Shown here one piece after another: positions 11,878-20,246 of a DNA stretch of 64,000 bases (position 1 is its first letter; each line of letters opens with the position of its first letter). Source of the DNA: Gemmatimonadales bacterium (GTDB lineage: Bacteria > Gemmatimonadota > Gemmatimonadetes > Gemmatimonadales > GWC2-71-9); NCBI GenBank assembly GCA_039794085.1, contig JBDIWC010000006.1:32001-96000 (forward strand), read 5' to 3'. A program made the translations under genes and the position numbers. Under the pieces are notes generated by a model, which saw only the letters and a program-made list of their open reading frames with translations, made no database searches and had not been told where the DNA came from.

Positions 11878-13452
11878 ATGTCCGTTCGTTCACGCAATTG
11901 GCTCAAGTTCGGTGGCCTGGTTGGGTTGGCGTTTGCCCTGGGGCTGCTCTTCGCGGGGTTGCTGGACCTCCCGAGTTCGGGAGTTGCCCAGCAGCAGGCC
12001 ACTCCGGTGCTCCCCGCGCGGGGGGACCTCCGCTCTTCCCCGATCAATGGCACGCAGCCCCTCACCACACTCAGCGATGCCTTTGCCGCCGTGGTGGAGC
12101 ATGTCCGGCCCAGCGTGGTGTACATCACCTCCATGCGGACCGGCACGACCACGGCTCGACGGCTTCCCCCCGGGTTCGAGCAGTTCTTCCAGAGACAGGA
12201 GCCCCAGGTGGAACGGGGGAGCGGATCGGGTTTCATCGTCTCCAATGATGGCTACATCCTGACCAACAACCATGTCGTGGAAAATGCCGAGCGGGTTCAG
12301 GTCCGGCTGCTCGACCGTCGCGAATTCACGGCCAAGGTGATCGGTTCCGATCCCACGACCGACGTGGCCGTCCTGAAGATCGACGCCACGGGACTGACCC
12401 CCGCGACGCTCGGCCAGAGCGGGTCGGCCCGGGTGGGCGAATGGGTTCTGGCCATCGGCAATCCGCTGGGTGAGGGGCTCACCTTCACGGTGACCAGCGG
12501 GATCGTCAGCGCCAAGGGACGGGGATCCCTCGGGCTCGGCAACAACGCGGGCCTCGGGATCCAGGATTTCATCCAGACCGACGCCGCGATCAACCCCGGC
12601 AACTCGGGAGGGCCGCTCGTCAATGTGCGCGGCGAGGTAATCGGGATCAACTCGGCAATCGCCAGCCAGACCGGCTACAACGTGGGCTACGGGTTCGCCA
12701 TCCCGATCGACCTGGCGAACAACGTCATGTCTCAATTGATCGCCACCGGCAAGGTGCAGCGGTCGGTGCTCGGAGTGAGCGTCCAGGATGTGACGGAGGA
12801 AGCGGCGGAGTATGCCGGTCTCGACCGTATCCATGGCGTGATCGTCCAAGGATTTACCGGCACCAACTCTCCGGCCGAGCGGGCCGGTCTGGAGCGGGGA
12901 GACATCATCGTGTCGGTCGACGGTCAGCCGGTGGACTACATCGCCCAGCTGCAGCAGATGGTCGGGTTCCGCAAGCCCGGCGAGGTGGTCCGGGTCGAGG
13001 TGGCGCGCCGGAATGGCGCCCGGAAAACCTACCAGATCCGGCTCACCGCCCAGGATCCCGAGGAGCTTGCCTCGGGTGCCCAACCGGCCGAGGACCGTGG
13101 GTCACCCTCCCGGGACGGGAGCGAACTGAGCCGTCTGGGGATCCGGATGGAGTCGCTCACGCCGGAATGGACCCGCAACCTGCGGCTTCCGACGTCCGTC
13201 CGGGCGGGAGTGGTGGTGACCTCGATCACGCCAGGGGGACCCGCCGAGCGGGCAGGTCTGATCCCCGCTGACAGGGGCGTGACCCCGGACATCATTACCG
13301 AGGTGGATGGATCGCCGGTTCGGAACGAGGCCGAACTGCGCGCGGCCCTGCAGAACGCGAGTGGGGTCGTCGCCCTCACCGTGTACAACCGGGGCGTCAA
13401 CCAGGGCCTGGGAGAGTCCCGGATTGTCCATATCCGCCTCGACCCGAAGTAA
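11878..13452 (+). CDS. DegP/HtrA (Do) serine protease with two PDZ domains
   Basis: N-terminal TM/signal, GSGFIV, TNNHVV, DVAVLKI, QTDAAINPGNSGGPL, then two PDZ domains. Confidence 0.95.
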   Translation: MSVRSRNWLKFGGLVGLAFALGLLFAGLLDLPSSGVAQQQATPVLPARGDLRSSPINGTQPLTTLSDAFAAVVEHVRPSVVYITSMRTGTTTARRLPPGFEQFFQRQEPQVERGSGSGFIVSNDGYILTNNHVVENAERVQVRLLDRREFTAKVIGSDPTTDVAVLKIDATGLTPATLGQSGSARVGEWVLAIGNPLGEGLTFTVTSGIVSAKGRGSLGLGNNAGLGIQDFIQTDAAINPGNSGGPLVNVRGEVIGINSAIASQTGYNVGYGFAIPIDLANNVMSQLIATGKVQRSVLGVSVQDVTEEAAEYAGLDRIHGVIVQGFTGTNSPAERAGLERGDIIVSVDGQPVDYIAQLQQMVGFRKPGEVVRVEVARRNGARKTYQIRLTAQDPEELASGAQPAEDRGSPSRDGSELSRLGIRMESLTPEWTRNLRLPTSVRAGVVVTSITPGGPAERAGLIPADRGVTPDIITEVDGSPVRNEAELRAALQNASGVVALTVYNRGVNQGLGESRIVHIRLDPK

Positions 13453-13464
13453 AGCGGCCGCGGC

Positions 13465-13833
13465 CTACTTCTTGGGAGGGACCTCGATGCCGTTGGCCGA
13501 GGCCACCGAATCCCAGGCGGACCATCCCCAGCCTGTGAGCTGGCCATCCACCACCACGAGAGGCGTCAGGGACCGTGGGGCGGACTCGGCCAGCTCCTGG
13601 GCGGATTGCCCCTCCCGGGCATACAGCAACGCTTCGATGTAGTGTCCGTTGACGAGATAGGGAAGTTCGTGGGGCTGGGCGGCTCCCATGATGGACTGGG
13701 CGCTGTCTTTGGTGATCCCGACCGTCAGCGCACCGGTGCGGGGATCGGACGAGGAGCATGCGGCGGTGAGCAGCAGGGCTGCGGCGCAGAGTGTGGAGCG
13801 TGACACGGTGGTACTCCGGGGACAAGGGGTCAT
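13465..13833 (-). CDS. Small lipoprotein, DUF3192-like
   Basis: Lipobox LTAAC and C-terminal TPLVVVDGQLTGWG. Start uncertain (ATG 13833 or a downstream GTG). Confidence 0.65.
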   Translation of the reverse strand: MTPCPRSTTVSRSTLCAAALLLTAACSSSDPRTGALTVGITKDSAQSIMGAAQPHELPYLVNGHYIEALLYAREGQSAQELAESAPRSLTPLVVVDGQLTGWGWSAWDSVASANGIEVPPKK

Positions 13834-13930
13834 GGCACCGGGGCAACCGGCAGGCCGCCCCGAGGGAAACCTAATCGCGGGGGGAAGCAAACGGAGTCCC
13901 GGCGACCTCAACCAGGAAAGGGCGACCCGC

Positions 13931-14308
13931 ATGCCAGGCGATCCTTCCGACCGGGATAAGGTCCTCGATCCCTCCATCCTGGAAAGCTACCGTCTGCTTC
14001 AGGAAGAGGGCGAACCGGACCTGATCACCGAGTTGGTCGATGCCTTCCTGGCAGACCTCGAGGAGCGGATCCGGGTCATCCGCCAGGCGATCGCCCGGGG
14101 AGATCCTGCGGCGCTTCGGTCCGCGGCCCACGCCCTCAAGGGAAGCGCCGGGACGGTGGGGGCCACGGGGCTCGCCCTTCGCTGCGGGGAGCTGGAGGCC
14201 GCGGGGCGCGAGGGCCGCCTGGAAGGGGCCGATCGTCTCCTGAAAGAACTCACCGAGCTGATCCCGGGCGTCACCCTGGCGCTCACCGGCCTTCGGAAAA
14301 CCTCCTGA
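13931..14308 (+). CDS. Stand-alone Hpt (histidine phosphotransfer) protein
   Basis: AAHALKGSAGTVGA..L...C..LE Hpt signature; ATG at 13931. Confidence 0.9.
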   Translation: MPGDPSDRDKVLDPSILESYRLLQEEGEPDLITELVDAFLADLEERIRVIRQAIARGDPAALRSAAHALKGSAGTVGATGLALRCGELEAAGREGRLEGADRLLKELTELIPGVTLALTGLRKTS

Positions 14309-14375
14309 GGGCGGCGTCCCGCGCGGATCCCGGTCAACCTCCCGCCGGGACCGATGTAGTTTTCACTCCGCGCAG

Positions 14376-14457
14376 GCGAACGTGGCGAAACTGGCAGACG
14401 CGCAGGACTTAGGATCCTGTGGGGAAACCCATCCGGGTTCGACTCCCGGCGTTCGCA
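14376..14457 (+). tRNA. tRNA-Leu (anticodon TAG)
   Basis: Acceptor stem GCGAACG/CGTTCGC, D-loop TGGCAGAC, anticodon arm CAGGA-CTTAGGA-TCCTG, long variable arm, T-loop GGTTCGACTCC. CCA is not encoded. Confidence 0.95.
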
Positions 14458-14910
14458 TCAGGAAGTTCGGTCGGTCCGGGAGTTCGGGGGTGGAGCAGAT
14501 CGGTGAATGGCCAGGCGCACCGAGTCGATGAGCAGTTCCAGATCATCCAGCTTGGAGTGGAGCGGAGCATCGAGCTCCTCCGCCATCTGCTGCACCACAC
14601 CCTCCTCGGCCACTCCGGTGAAGAACACGAGGCGACCCCGCAGATCCGGCCGGATCTCCAGCATGAGAGGGTGCAGGTGCTCGCCTCCCAGGGAGGTCGG
14701 CATGAGGATATCGAGAATCACGGCGTCTATCGGTCCGGGCTCCCGGGCGATGGCCAGCGCTTCGTCTCCTCCCGATGCCTCGACCACGTGGAAACCGGCG
14801 CGTTCCAGCGTGCGACGGACCACCGACCGCACTGCGGGCTCATCATCCACGAGGAGAACCGTCGGTGGAGAACCTTTCCCGCGGGTTTCGGGTGTCCGGG
14901 AGAGTGGCAT
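14458..14910 (-). CDS. Single-domain response regulator (receiver)
   Basis: VLLVDDE, VILDILMP and FFTG motifs; no output domain. Confidence 0.85.
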   Translation of the reverse strand: MPLSRTPETRGKGSPPTVLLVDDEPAVRSVVRRTLERAGFHVVEASGGDEALAIAREPGPIDAVILDILMPTSLGGEHLHPLMLEIRPDLRGRLVFFTGVAEEGVVQQMAEELDAPLHSKLDDLELLIDSVRLAIHRSAPPPNSRTDRTS

Positions 14911-14956
14911 GTGTCAGTAAAGCTACGCCAATTCGTCTCCGGGCGAAACCGGCAAA

Positions 14957-14986
14957 TTGACCCCCTTCGTAGGAACCGGGTAGATT
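14957..14986 (+). promoter_or_regulatory. Putative sigma70 promoter of the tig-clpP-clpX-engB operon
   Basis: TTGACC-N18-TAGATT, 9 nt upstream of the tig ATG; no SD. Confidence 0.45.
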
Positions 14987-14995
14987 TGTTCCCCT

Positions 14996-16249
14996 ATGAC
15001 TGATATCCAGGTTCAGAAGACCGGTGAAGACCTCGCGTCCCGCTCGTTGCAGATCACGATCCCGGTGGACCGCGTGGCCGCCGCCGAGGCCCACGCCGTA
15101 CGGCACTACACCCGCCGGGCTCGTGTCCCGGGTTTTCGGCCGGGAAAGGCCCCCGAGGCCGTCATCCGAAAGCGGTTCAGCTCCGAGATCCGGGAATCGG
15201 CCCTGCAGGAGGTTCTGCGGGCCGGCTGGGAACGGGCCAAGGAATCCGAGTCTCTTGCTCCGATAGCCGACCCCTCAATCCGGAACCTCAAGTATGAGGA
15301 CGGTCAGCCGGTGGAGTTCGAGCTGCTGGTCGAGGTTCAGCCGAAGCTGACTCTCGGGAGAACGGGCGGCTTCACGGTCACCCGCACCCTCCCCACTGTG
15401 AGCGATGACCAGGTTGGGGAGCAGATCGAGAAGCTTCGGGAGGAGAAGGCGGCCTGGATCCCGGTGGAGGGAGAGCGCCCCGGTCCGGGGCACATGGTCC
15501 GGGTTGAGGTTGCTCCCCTCGAGGAGGGCACGGCGCACGAGGCCAAGCCCTACACGATGGTCCTTGGCTCGGGGCAGGCGATTCCCGACTTGGAGGAAAA
15601 GATCATGCACCTTCTCCCCGGGGAGCAGGTGGAGACCGAGGTCCGCTTTCCGGATGATTTTGAGGATGAAACGCGCCGGGGCCAGACCCGACGGGTACAA
15701 ATCGTGCTGCACGACGTGAAGCGGCAGGAACTTCCTCCCCTGGACGACTCGTTCGCCCGGGAACTGGGGGAGTTTGACTCCCTGGAAGCCGTGCGGGCCG
15801 CGGTCCGCGCCGACCTGGAGGCTGAGGCCTCCCGGAGTGCGGATGCCGAGGTCCGGGCCCAGTTGATCCGGCGGATTGCGGAGACGAACCGGGTCGAGGC
15901 GCCGCGAGCCATGGTGGAGCGGGTTCTGGGGGCCTTTGCCCAGGCCTACGAGGTTCCGGAGGACCGGTTCGAGACCTTTGCGCAACAGTTTGCTCCCATC
16001 GCGGCGGAGCGGGTGGTCCGCGACCTGATCATCGGAGCGGTGGCGGAGGCGGAATCCCTGAGGGCCACGGAGGAGGATATCGATGCCCGGGTGGCTCACA
16101 TCGCGGAGGGCCGGGGTGTCCCGGCGGGCCAGGTCTATGCCTCGCTCCAGAAGGCCAACCGTCTGGCCGAAATAGAAATGTCCGTGACGGAAGAGAAGGT
16201 CTTCGCCTTCCTCCTGTCCACGTCCACCGTGACCGAGGTCGCCTCGTGA
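14996..16249 (+). CDS. tig: Trigger factor
   Basis: PGFRPGKAP ribosome-binding motif, FKBP-like middle domain, position upstream of clpP. Confidence 0.95.
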   Translation: MTDIQVQKTGEDLASRSLQITIPVDRVAAAEAHAVRHYTRRARVPGFRPGKAPEAVIRKRFSSEIRESALQEVLRAGWERAKESESLAPIADPSIRNLKYEDGQPVEFELLVEVQPKLTLGRTGGFTVTRTLPTVSDDQVGEQIEKLREEKAAWIPVEGERPGPGHMVRVEVAPLEEGTAHEAKPYTMVLGSGQAIPDLEEKIMHLLPGEQVETEVRFPDDFEDETRRGQTRRVQIVLHDVKRQELPPLDDSFARELGEFDSLEAVRAAVRADLEAEASRSADAEVRAQLIRRIAETNRVEAPRAMVERVLGAFAQAYEVPEDRFETFAQQFAPIAAERVVRDLIIGAVAEAESLRATEEDIDARVAHIAEGRGVPAGQVYASLQKANRLAEIEMSVTEEKVFAFLLSTSTVTEVAS

Positions 16250-16869
16250 CGACGTCCGCCCTGTATCCGCCCTACATCATCGAACGGTCGAGCCGGGGAG
16301 AGCGCACCTACGACATCTTCTCCCGGCTCCTCATGGACCGGATCGTCTTCCTGGGGGCGCCGATCAACGACGACGTGGCGAACATCATCATCGCCCAGTT
16401 GCTCTTTCTCGATGCGGACAACGCGGAGAAGGACATCTACCTCTACATCAACTCCCCCGGGGGTGTGGTGTCGAGCGGGATGGCGATCTATGACACCATG
16501 CAGCACCTGCGGGCGCCGATCAACACCATCTGCATGGGGATGGCCGCCTCGATGGGGTCCTTCCTCCTGGCGGCCGGGCGGGCGGGCAAGCGCAGCGCCT
16601 TGCCCCACGCTCGGCTCATGATCCACCAACCGTCGGGCGGCACCCAGGGAACCGCGGCGGACATCGAGATCCAGGCACGGGAAATCCTCTATCTTCGGCG
16701 CCGGATCAACGAGCTCTACGCTCACCACACGGGGCAGACGGTGGAGACGATCGAGAAGGACATGGACCGGGACCGGTTCATGAGCGCGGAGGAGGCGAAG
16801 GACTACGGCCTCATCGACACCGTGTTCACGCCCCGGGCCGCTCCGGCATCCGGAGGCAAGACACCTTGA
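16246..16869 (+). CDS. clpP: ATP-dependent Clp protease proteolytic subunit
   Basis: [28 protein letters not shown] and DRDRFM; GTGA overlap with tig. Confidence 0.98.
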   Translation: MTTSALYPPYIIERSSRGERTYDIFSRLLMDRIVFLGAPINDDVANIIIAQLLFLDADNAEKDIYLYINSPGGVVSSGMAIYDTMQHLRAPINTICMGMAASMGSFLLAAGRAGKRSALPHARLMIHQPSGGTQGTAADIEIQAREILYLRRRINELYAHHTGQTVETIEKDMDRDRFMSAEEAKDYGLIDTVFTPRAAPASGGKTP

Positions 16870-16930
16870 CGGGACGGCGGGAGTGGCGGCACCTTCCGGC
16901 ACCCCTCAGTGATTGGCGGCGGTGACCCCC

Positions 16931-18178
16931 ATGTCCACCGACAAGCATCTGCGCTGCTCCTTCTGCGGAAAGTCCAAGGACTCGGTCCGGAAGTTCATCT
17001 CGGGTCCGTCCGTATACATCTGCAACGAGTGCATCACCCTCTGCAACGAGATCCTGGCGGAGGACGAAGAGCGGGAGGTCATCGATCGGATCACCCAGGT
17101 CCCGATCCCCGCGGAGATCAAGGCCACTCTCGATGAGTATGTGGTGGGGCAGGAACGGGCCAAGCGAACGCTGGCCGTGGCGGTCTACAATCACTACAAG
17201 CGGATCAACGCGGCCGGCAACCGGGATGGCGGCGTCGAGCTCGACAAGTCCAACATCCTTCTCATCGGCCCCACCGGGGTGGGCAAGACCCTCTTGGCCC
17301 AGACCCTCGCCCGCATCCTCGACGTGCCCTTCACCATCGCCGACGCCACGACGCTGACCGAGGCCGGCTATGTGGGGGAGGACGTGGAGAACATCCTGGT
17401 CCGGTTGCTCCAGGCCGGGGAGTTCAACGTGTCCGAGTGCGAACGCGGCATCGTCTACATCGACGAGATCGACAAGATCGCGCGGAAGAGCGAGAACCCG
17501 AGCATCACGCGCGACGTGAGCGGCGAAGGGGTCCAGCAGGCGCTTCTGAAGATCCTGGAGGGCACGGTGGCCTCCGTTCCGCCGCAGGGCGGGCGCAAGC
17601 ATCCCCAGCAGGAATACATCCAGATCAACACGAAGGACATCCTGTTCATCTGTGGCGGAGCCTTCGACGGGCTGGAGAAGATCATCGAGGCCCGGCTCGG
17701 CCGGCAGCAGATCGGGTTTGCCACCGGCGCCGACACCGACGTGGTCGAGTTCGACGCGGGGACTCCGTACGCCAACGTCGAGCCGGACGATCTCCTCCAT
17801 TTCGGTCTCATCCCGGAGCTGGTGGGCCGCCTCCCGGTGCTGGTGGCGCTGGATTCGCTCGACGAGGACGCCCTGGTGCAGATCCTGCTCGAGCCGAAGA
17901 ACGCGCTCACCAAGCAATACACCAAGCTCTTCGACATGGAGAAAGTCGGGCTGACCTTCGCCCCCGAGGCGCTGCGGGCCCTGGCGCGTCTCGCGATCAA
18001 GCGACGGACCGGGGCGCGCGGCCTTCGCGCCATCCTGGAAACGGTCATGACGGACATCATGTTCGATCTCCCGTCGCGGGATGACGTGCGCGAGGTGGTC
18101 ATCACCCCGGAATCGATCACGGAGCGCACCACGCCCCTGATCATCACGGAACGGCCGCGCGCCAAGCGCGAGGCCTGA
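16931..18178 (+). CDS. clpX: Clp protease ATP-binding subunit ClpX
   Basis: CSFC..CNEC zinc finger, [17 protein letters not shown] and IGF loop. Confidence 0.98.
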   Translation: MSTDKHLRCSFCGKSKDSVRKFISGPSVYICNECITLCNEILAEDEEREVIDRITQVPIPAEIKATLDEYVVGQERAKRTLAVAVYNHYKRINAAGNRDGGVELDKSNILLIGPTGVGKTLLAQTLARILDVPFTIADATTLTEAGYVGEDVENILVRLLQAGEFNVSECERGIVYIDEIDKIARKSENPSITRDVSGEGVQQALLKILEGTVASVPPQGGRKHPQQEYIQINTKDILFICGGAFDGLEKIIEARLGRQQIGFATGADTDVVEFDAGTPYANVEPDDLLHFGLIPELVGRLPVLVALDSLDEDALVQILLEPKNALTKQYTKLFDMEKVGLTFAPEALRALARLAIKRRTGARGLRAILETVMTDIMFDLPSRDDVREVVITPESITERTTPLIITERPRAKREA

Positions 18179-18189
18179 ACCTCGCCGAC

Positions 18190-18819
18190 GTGGCCTTTCC
18201 TCCCTCCCGGCTGACAACCCAGGCAGTCACCTTTCGGGGCAGTTTTGCCGATCCCCGGCAGGCTCTCGACCCGGTGCTGCCGGAGGTGGCCTTTGTGGGG
18301 CGGTCCAACGTGGGCAAGTCGAGCCTGCTGAATGCCCTGGTCGGCCGGAAGCAGTTGGCCCGGGTGAGCGGCACCCCGGGCAAGACCCAGTTGATGAACG
18401 TATTTCACCTCCCCGGACTGTACCTGGTCGACCTTCCGGGCTACGGCTATGCGCGCGCGTCCCGCGACGCCCGGGCCGAGTTTCGGCGACTGGTCGACGC
18501 GTACCTGAGAACGCGGGAGACTCTGGCCGGGGTCGTGTGGCTGCTCGATGTGAGGCACCCACCTTCCGCCGAGGACCGGGCCATGCAGGAGCTGCTGATC
18601 GAGTCGGAACGGCCGATCCTCGCCGCGCTCACCAAGATCGACAAGTTCGCTCCCCGGCGGCGGCGGGAGGCGATCCTGGAGCGCAGCACGGAGCTCGGCC
18701 TCCCGCCGTCGGAGGTGCTCCCGGTGAGCAGTGAGACGGGTGAGGGTCTCGCGGATCTGGGGGAGAGTCTTCTGGCGCTGATGGACCAGTCGGTGGGAGG
18801 GATCAGCGGCCCCTCGTAG
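18190..18819 (+). CDS. engB: Ribosome biogenesis GTPase EngB (YihA/YsxC)
   Basis: GRSNVGKSS, TPGKT, DLPGYG and TKID; usual position after clpX. Confidence 0.95.
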   Translation: MAFPPSRLTTQAVTFRGSFADPRQALDPVLPEVAFVGRSNVGKSSLLNALVGRKQLARVSGTPGKTQLMNVFHLPGLYLVDLPGYGYARASRDARAEFRRLVDAYLRTRETLAGVVWLLDVRHPPSAEDRAMQELLIESERPILAALTKIDKFAPRRRREAILERSTELGLPPSEVLPVSSETGEGLADLGESLLALMDQSVGGISGPS

Positions 18820-18906
18820 GGACTCCCCGTCGTCGACATGCCGCCTTCTCACGACAGGCCCCTGCACCCGTACACGTACCCGTACCCCGTTCAATCCCGG
18901 AACGCA

Positions 18907-18930
18907 GGGCGGCCCACGGACTGCCCCTAC
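18907..18930 (-). repeat. GTAG-type REP-like palindrome
   Basis: Minus strand reads GTAGGGGCAGTCCGTGGGCCGCCC. A degenerate partner GTAGGGACTCCCC at 18816 faces it, with CCCGTA/CACGTA hexamers between. Confidence 0.5.
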
Positions 18931-18936
18931 TGAACA

Positions 18937-19180
18937 GTGAATGACCACCGCCAGAGGCGGTGGCTTCAGGGGGACATCTGGAAGAGGCTACAGGTGCGCC
19001 GATCCTGCTCCTGTGCCGCTCTTCCTCCCCCGATAGCGGACATAGTGCCGGATCACTGCCTCATCGACACCGACCGTGCTCTCAAAGTACCCCGGGGCGA
19101 AAATGATTCCCCCAAGACCAGGTCCTGGCGTAGCCGACGGTACATAACCACCGCCAAAGGCGGTGGGTTCTCCGGGGGGA
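18937..19180 (-). mobile_element. Non-autonomous IS200/IS605-family mini-element with a tnpA 3' remnant
   Basis: Two subterminal hairpins CCACCGCC-N3-GGCGGTGG (18945-18963, 19148-19166). The interior encodes FAPGYFESTVGVDEAVIRHYVRY, like the C-terminus of an IS200 Y1 transposase. Guide/cleavage pairs are GAAC/TCAG and GAAG/TCAC. Confidence 0.75.
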
Positions 19181-19261
19181 CTGAAAACTGAACTGAAAAC
19201 CGCTTGCACTCGCCGCCGGGTGGGATAGGTTTCCGTCATCCTTCACCGGCGCCGTGCCCCC

Positions 19262-20098
19262 ATGCCCCTTAGCCCGCTTCGCACTCTCGCCCTCCCCGCC
19301 CCGGTCCAGGCCGTTCACGATCAGTGGATCGGCGATCTGGAGAGTGCCCTCTCCGCACCGGATGCCGACTGGAACCTCATTGTGCGTGACACACTGCGCG
19401 CCCTCTGGTACCCTGGCCTGTCCGATATCGAGGGGGTGATGGACGATCCCGCGACCCCGGCTCCCACCCGGGCGTCCCTCCTGGCGCTCGACCCCCGCCA
19501 CGTCACCCTGGAGCCGGAATACTACGCGGATGTGGACCTCGACAGATTCCGGCGGGTCAAGCCGCTGCTCTGGCTCTGGTACAGCTTCGATCGCAGTCCC
19601 CTCGGCGGGCAGAACGTCGATCTCGGAGTCCGGCTCCGGCGCACCCTGGCCCCCCGGATTTTCAAGCGCTGCGGACGGAACTTCAAGTGTTTTCAGCATA
19701 CGGAGTTCTCGTACGGGTACAATCTGGAAGTGGGGGACGACGTGGTGGTACACCGCCACGTCCTGCTCGACGACCGGGGCGGCATCGTCCTGGGCGACCG
19801 GGTGAGCATCGCGGATTATGCCAACATCTACAGCCACACCCACAGCATCGTGGACCAGAAGGATGTCACGACACTCCCCACCGTCCTTGAGGCGGATGTC
19901 CGGATCACCTACCATGCCACCGTGCTGGCCGGAGTGCGGGTCGGGGAGAACGGGATGGTGGGCGCGGGAGCGATGGCGACGAAGAGCGTGCGGGCCTACC
20001 ATGTGAACGTCGGGGTCCCCGCCAAGTCGGTCATGATCAAGCCCAATGCCCCCCCCTCGGCCCGCACCACGGAGCGTGTCCCTCCCCGGGATGCCTGA
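19262..20098 (+). CDS. Hexapeptide-repeat (LbH) acyltransferase
   Basis: Repeats VGDDVVV, LGDRVSI, LEADVRI and VGENGMVGAGA, plus GVPAK. Confidence 0.88.
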   Translation: MPLSPLRTLALPAPVQAVHDQWIGDLESALSAPDADWNLIVRDTLRALWYPGLSDIEGVMDDPATPAPTRASLLALDPRHVTLEPEYYADVDLDRFRRVKPLLWLWYSFDRSPLGGQNVDLGVRLRRTLAPRIFKRCGRNFKCFQHTEFSYGYNLEVGDDVVVHRHVLLDDRGGIVLGDRVSIADYANIYSHTHSIVDQKDVTTLPTVLEADVRITYHATVLAGVRVGENGMVGAGAMATKSVRAYHVNVGVPAKSVMIKPNAPPSARTTERVPPRDA

Positions 20099-20246
20099 GA
20101 GCCGAGGCGGGAAGCGGTTCACCCGTACGTGACACAGTCGTTGCACAGGCGTTGACACTTCGACACGGAGTCCGGGGATCTTTGCGGTCTCCGGTCGCCC
20201 CCTGTGACCGGGAGAACAACATTCCCCGATCACTCGAGGGCTCCCC

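Noticed and set aside
14376..14457. tRNA-Leu as an integration site for an island or prophage
   Set aside because: No integrase is present and I saw no duplicated tRNA 3' end in the window; the flanks are ordinary genes.
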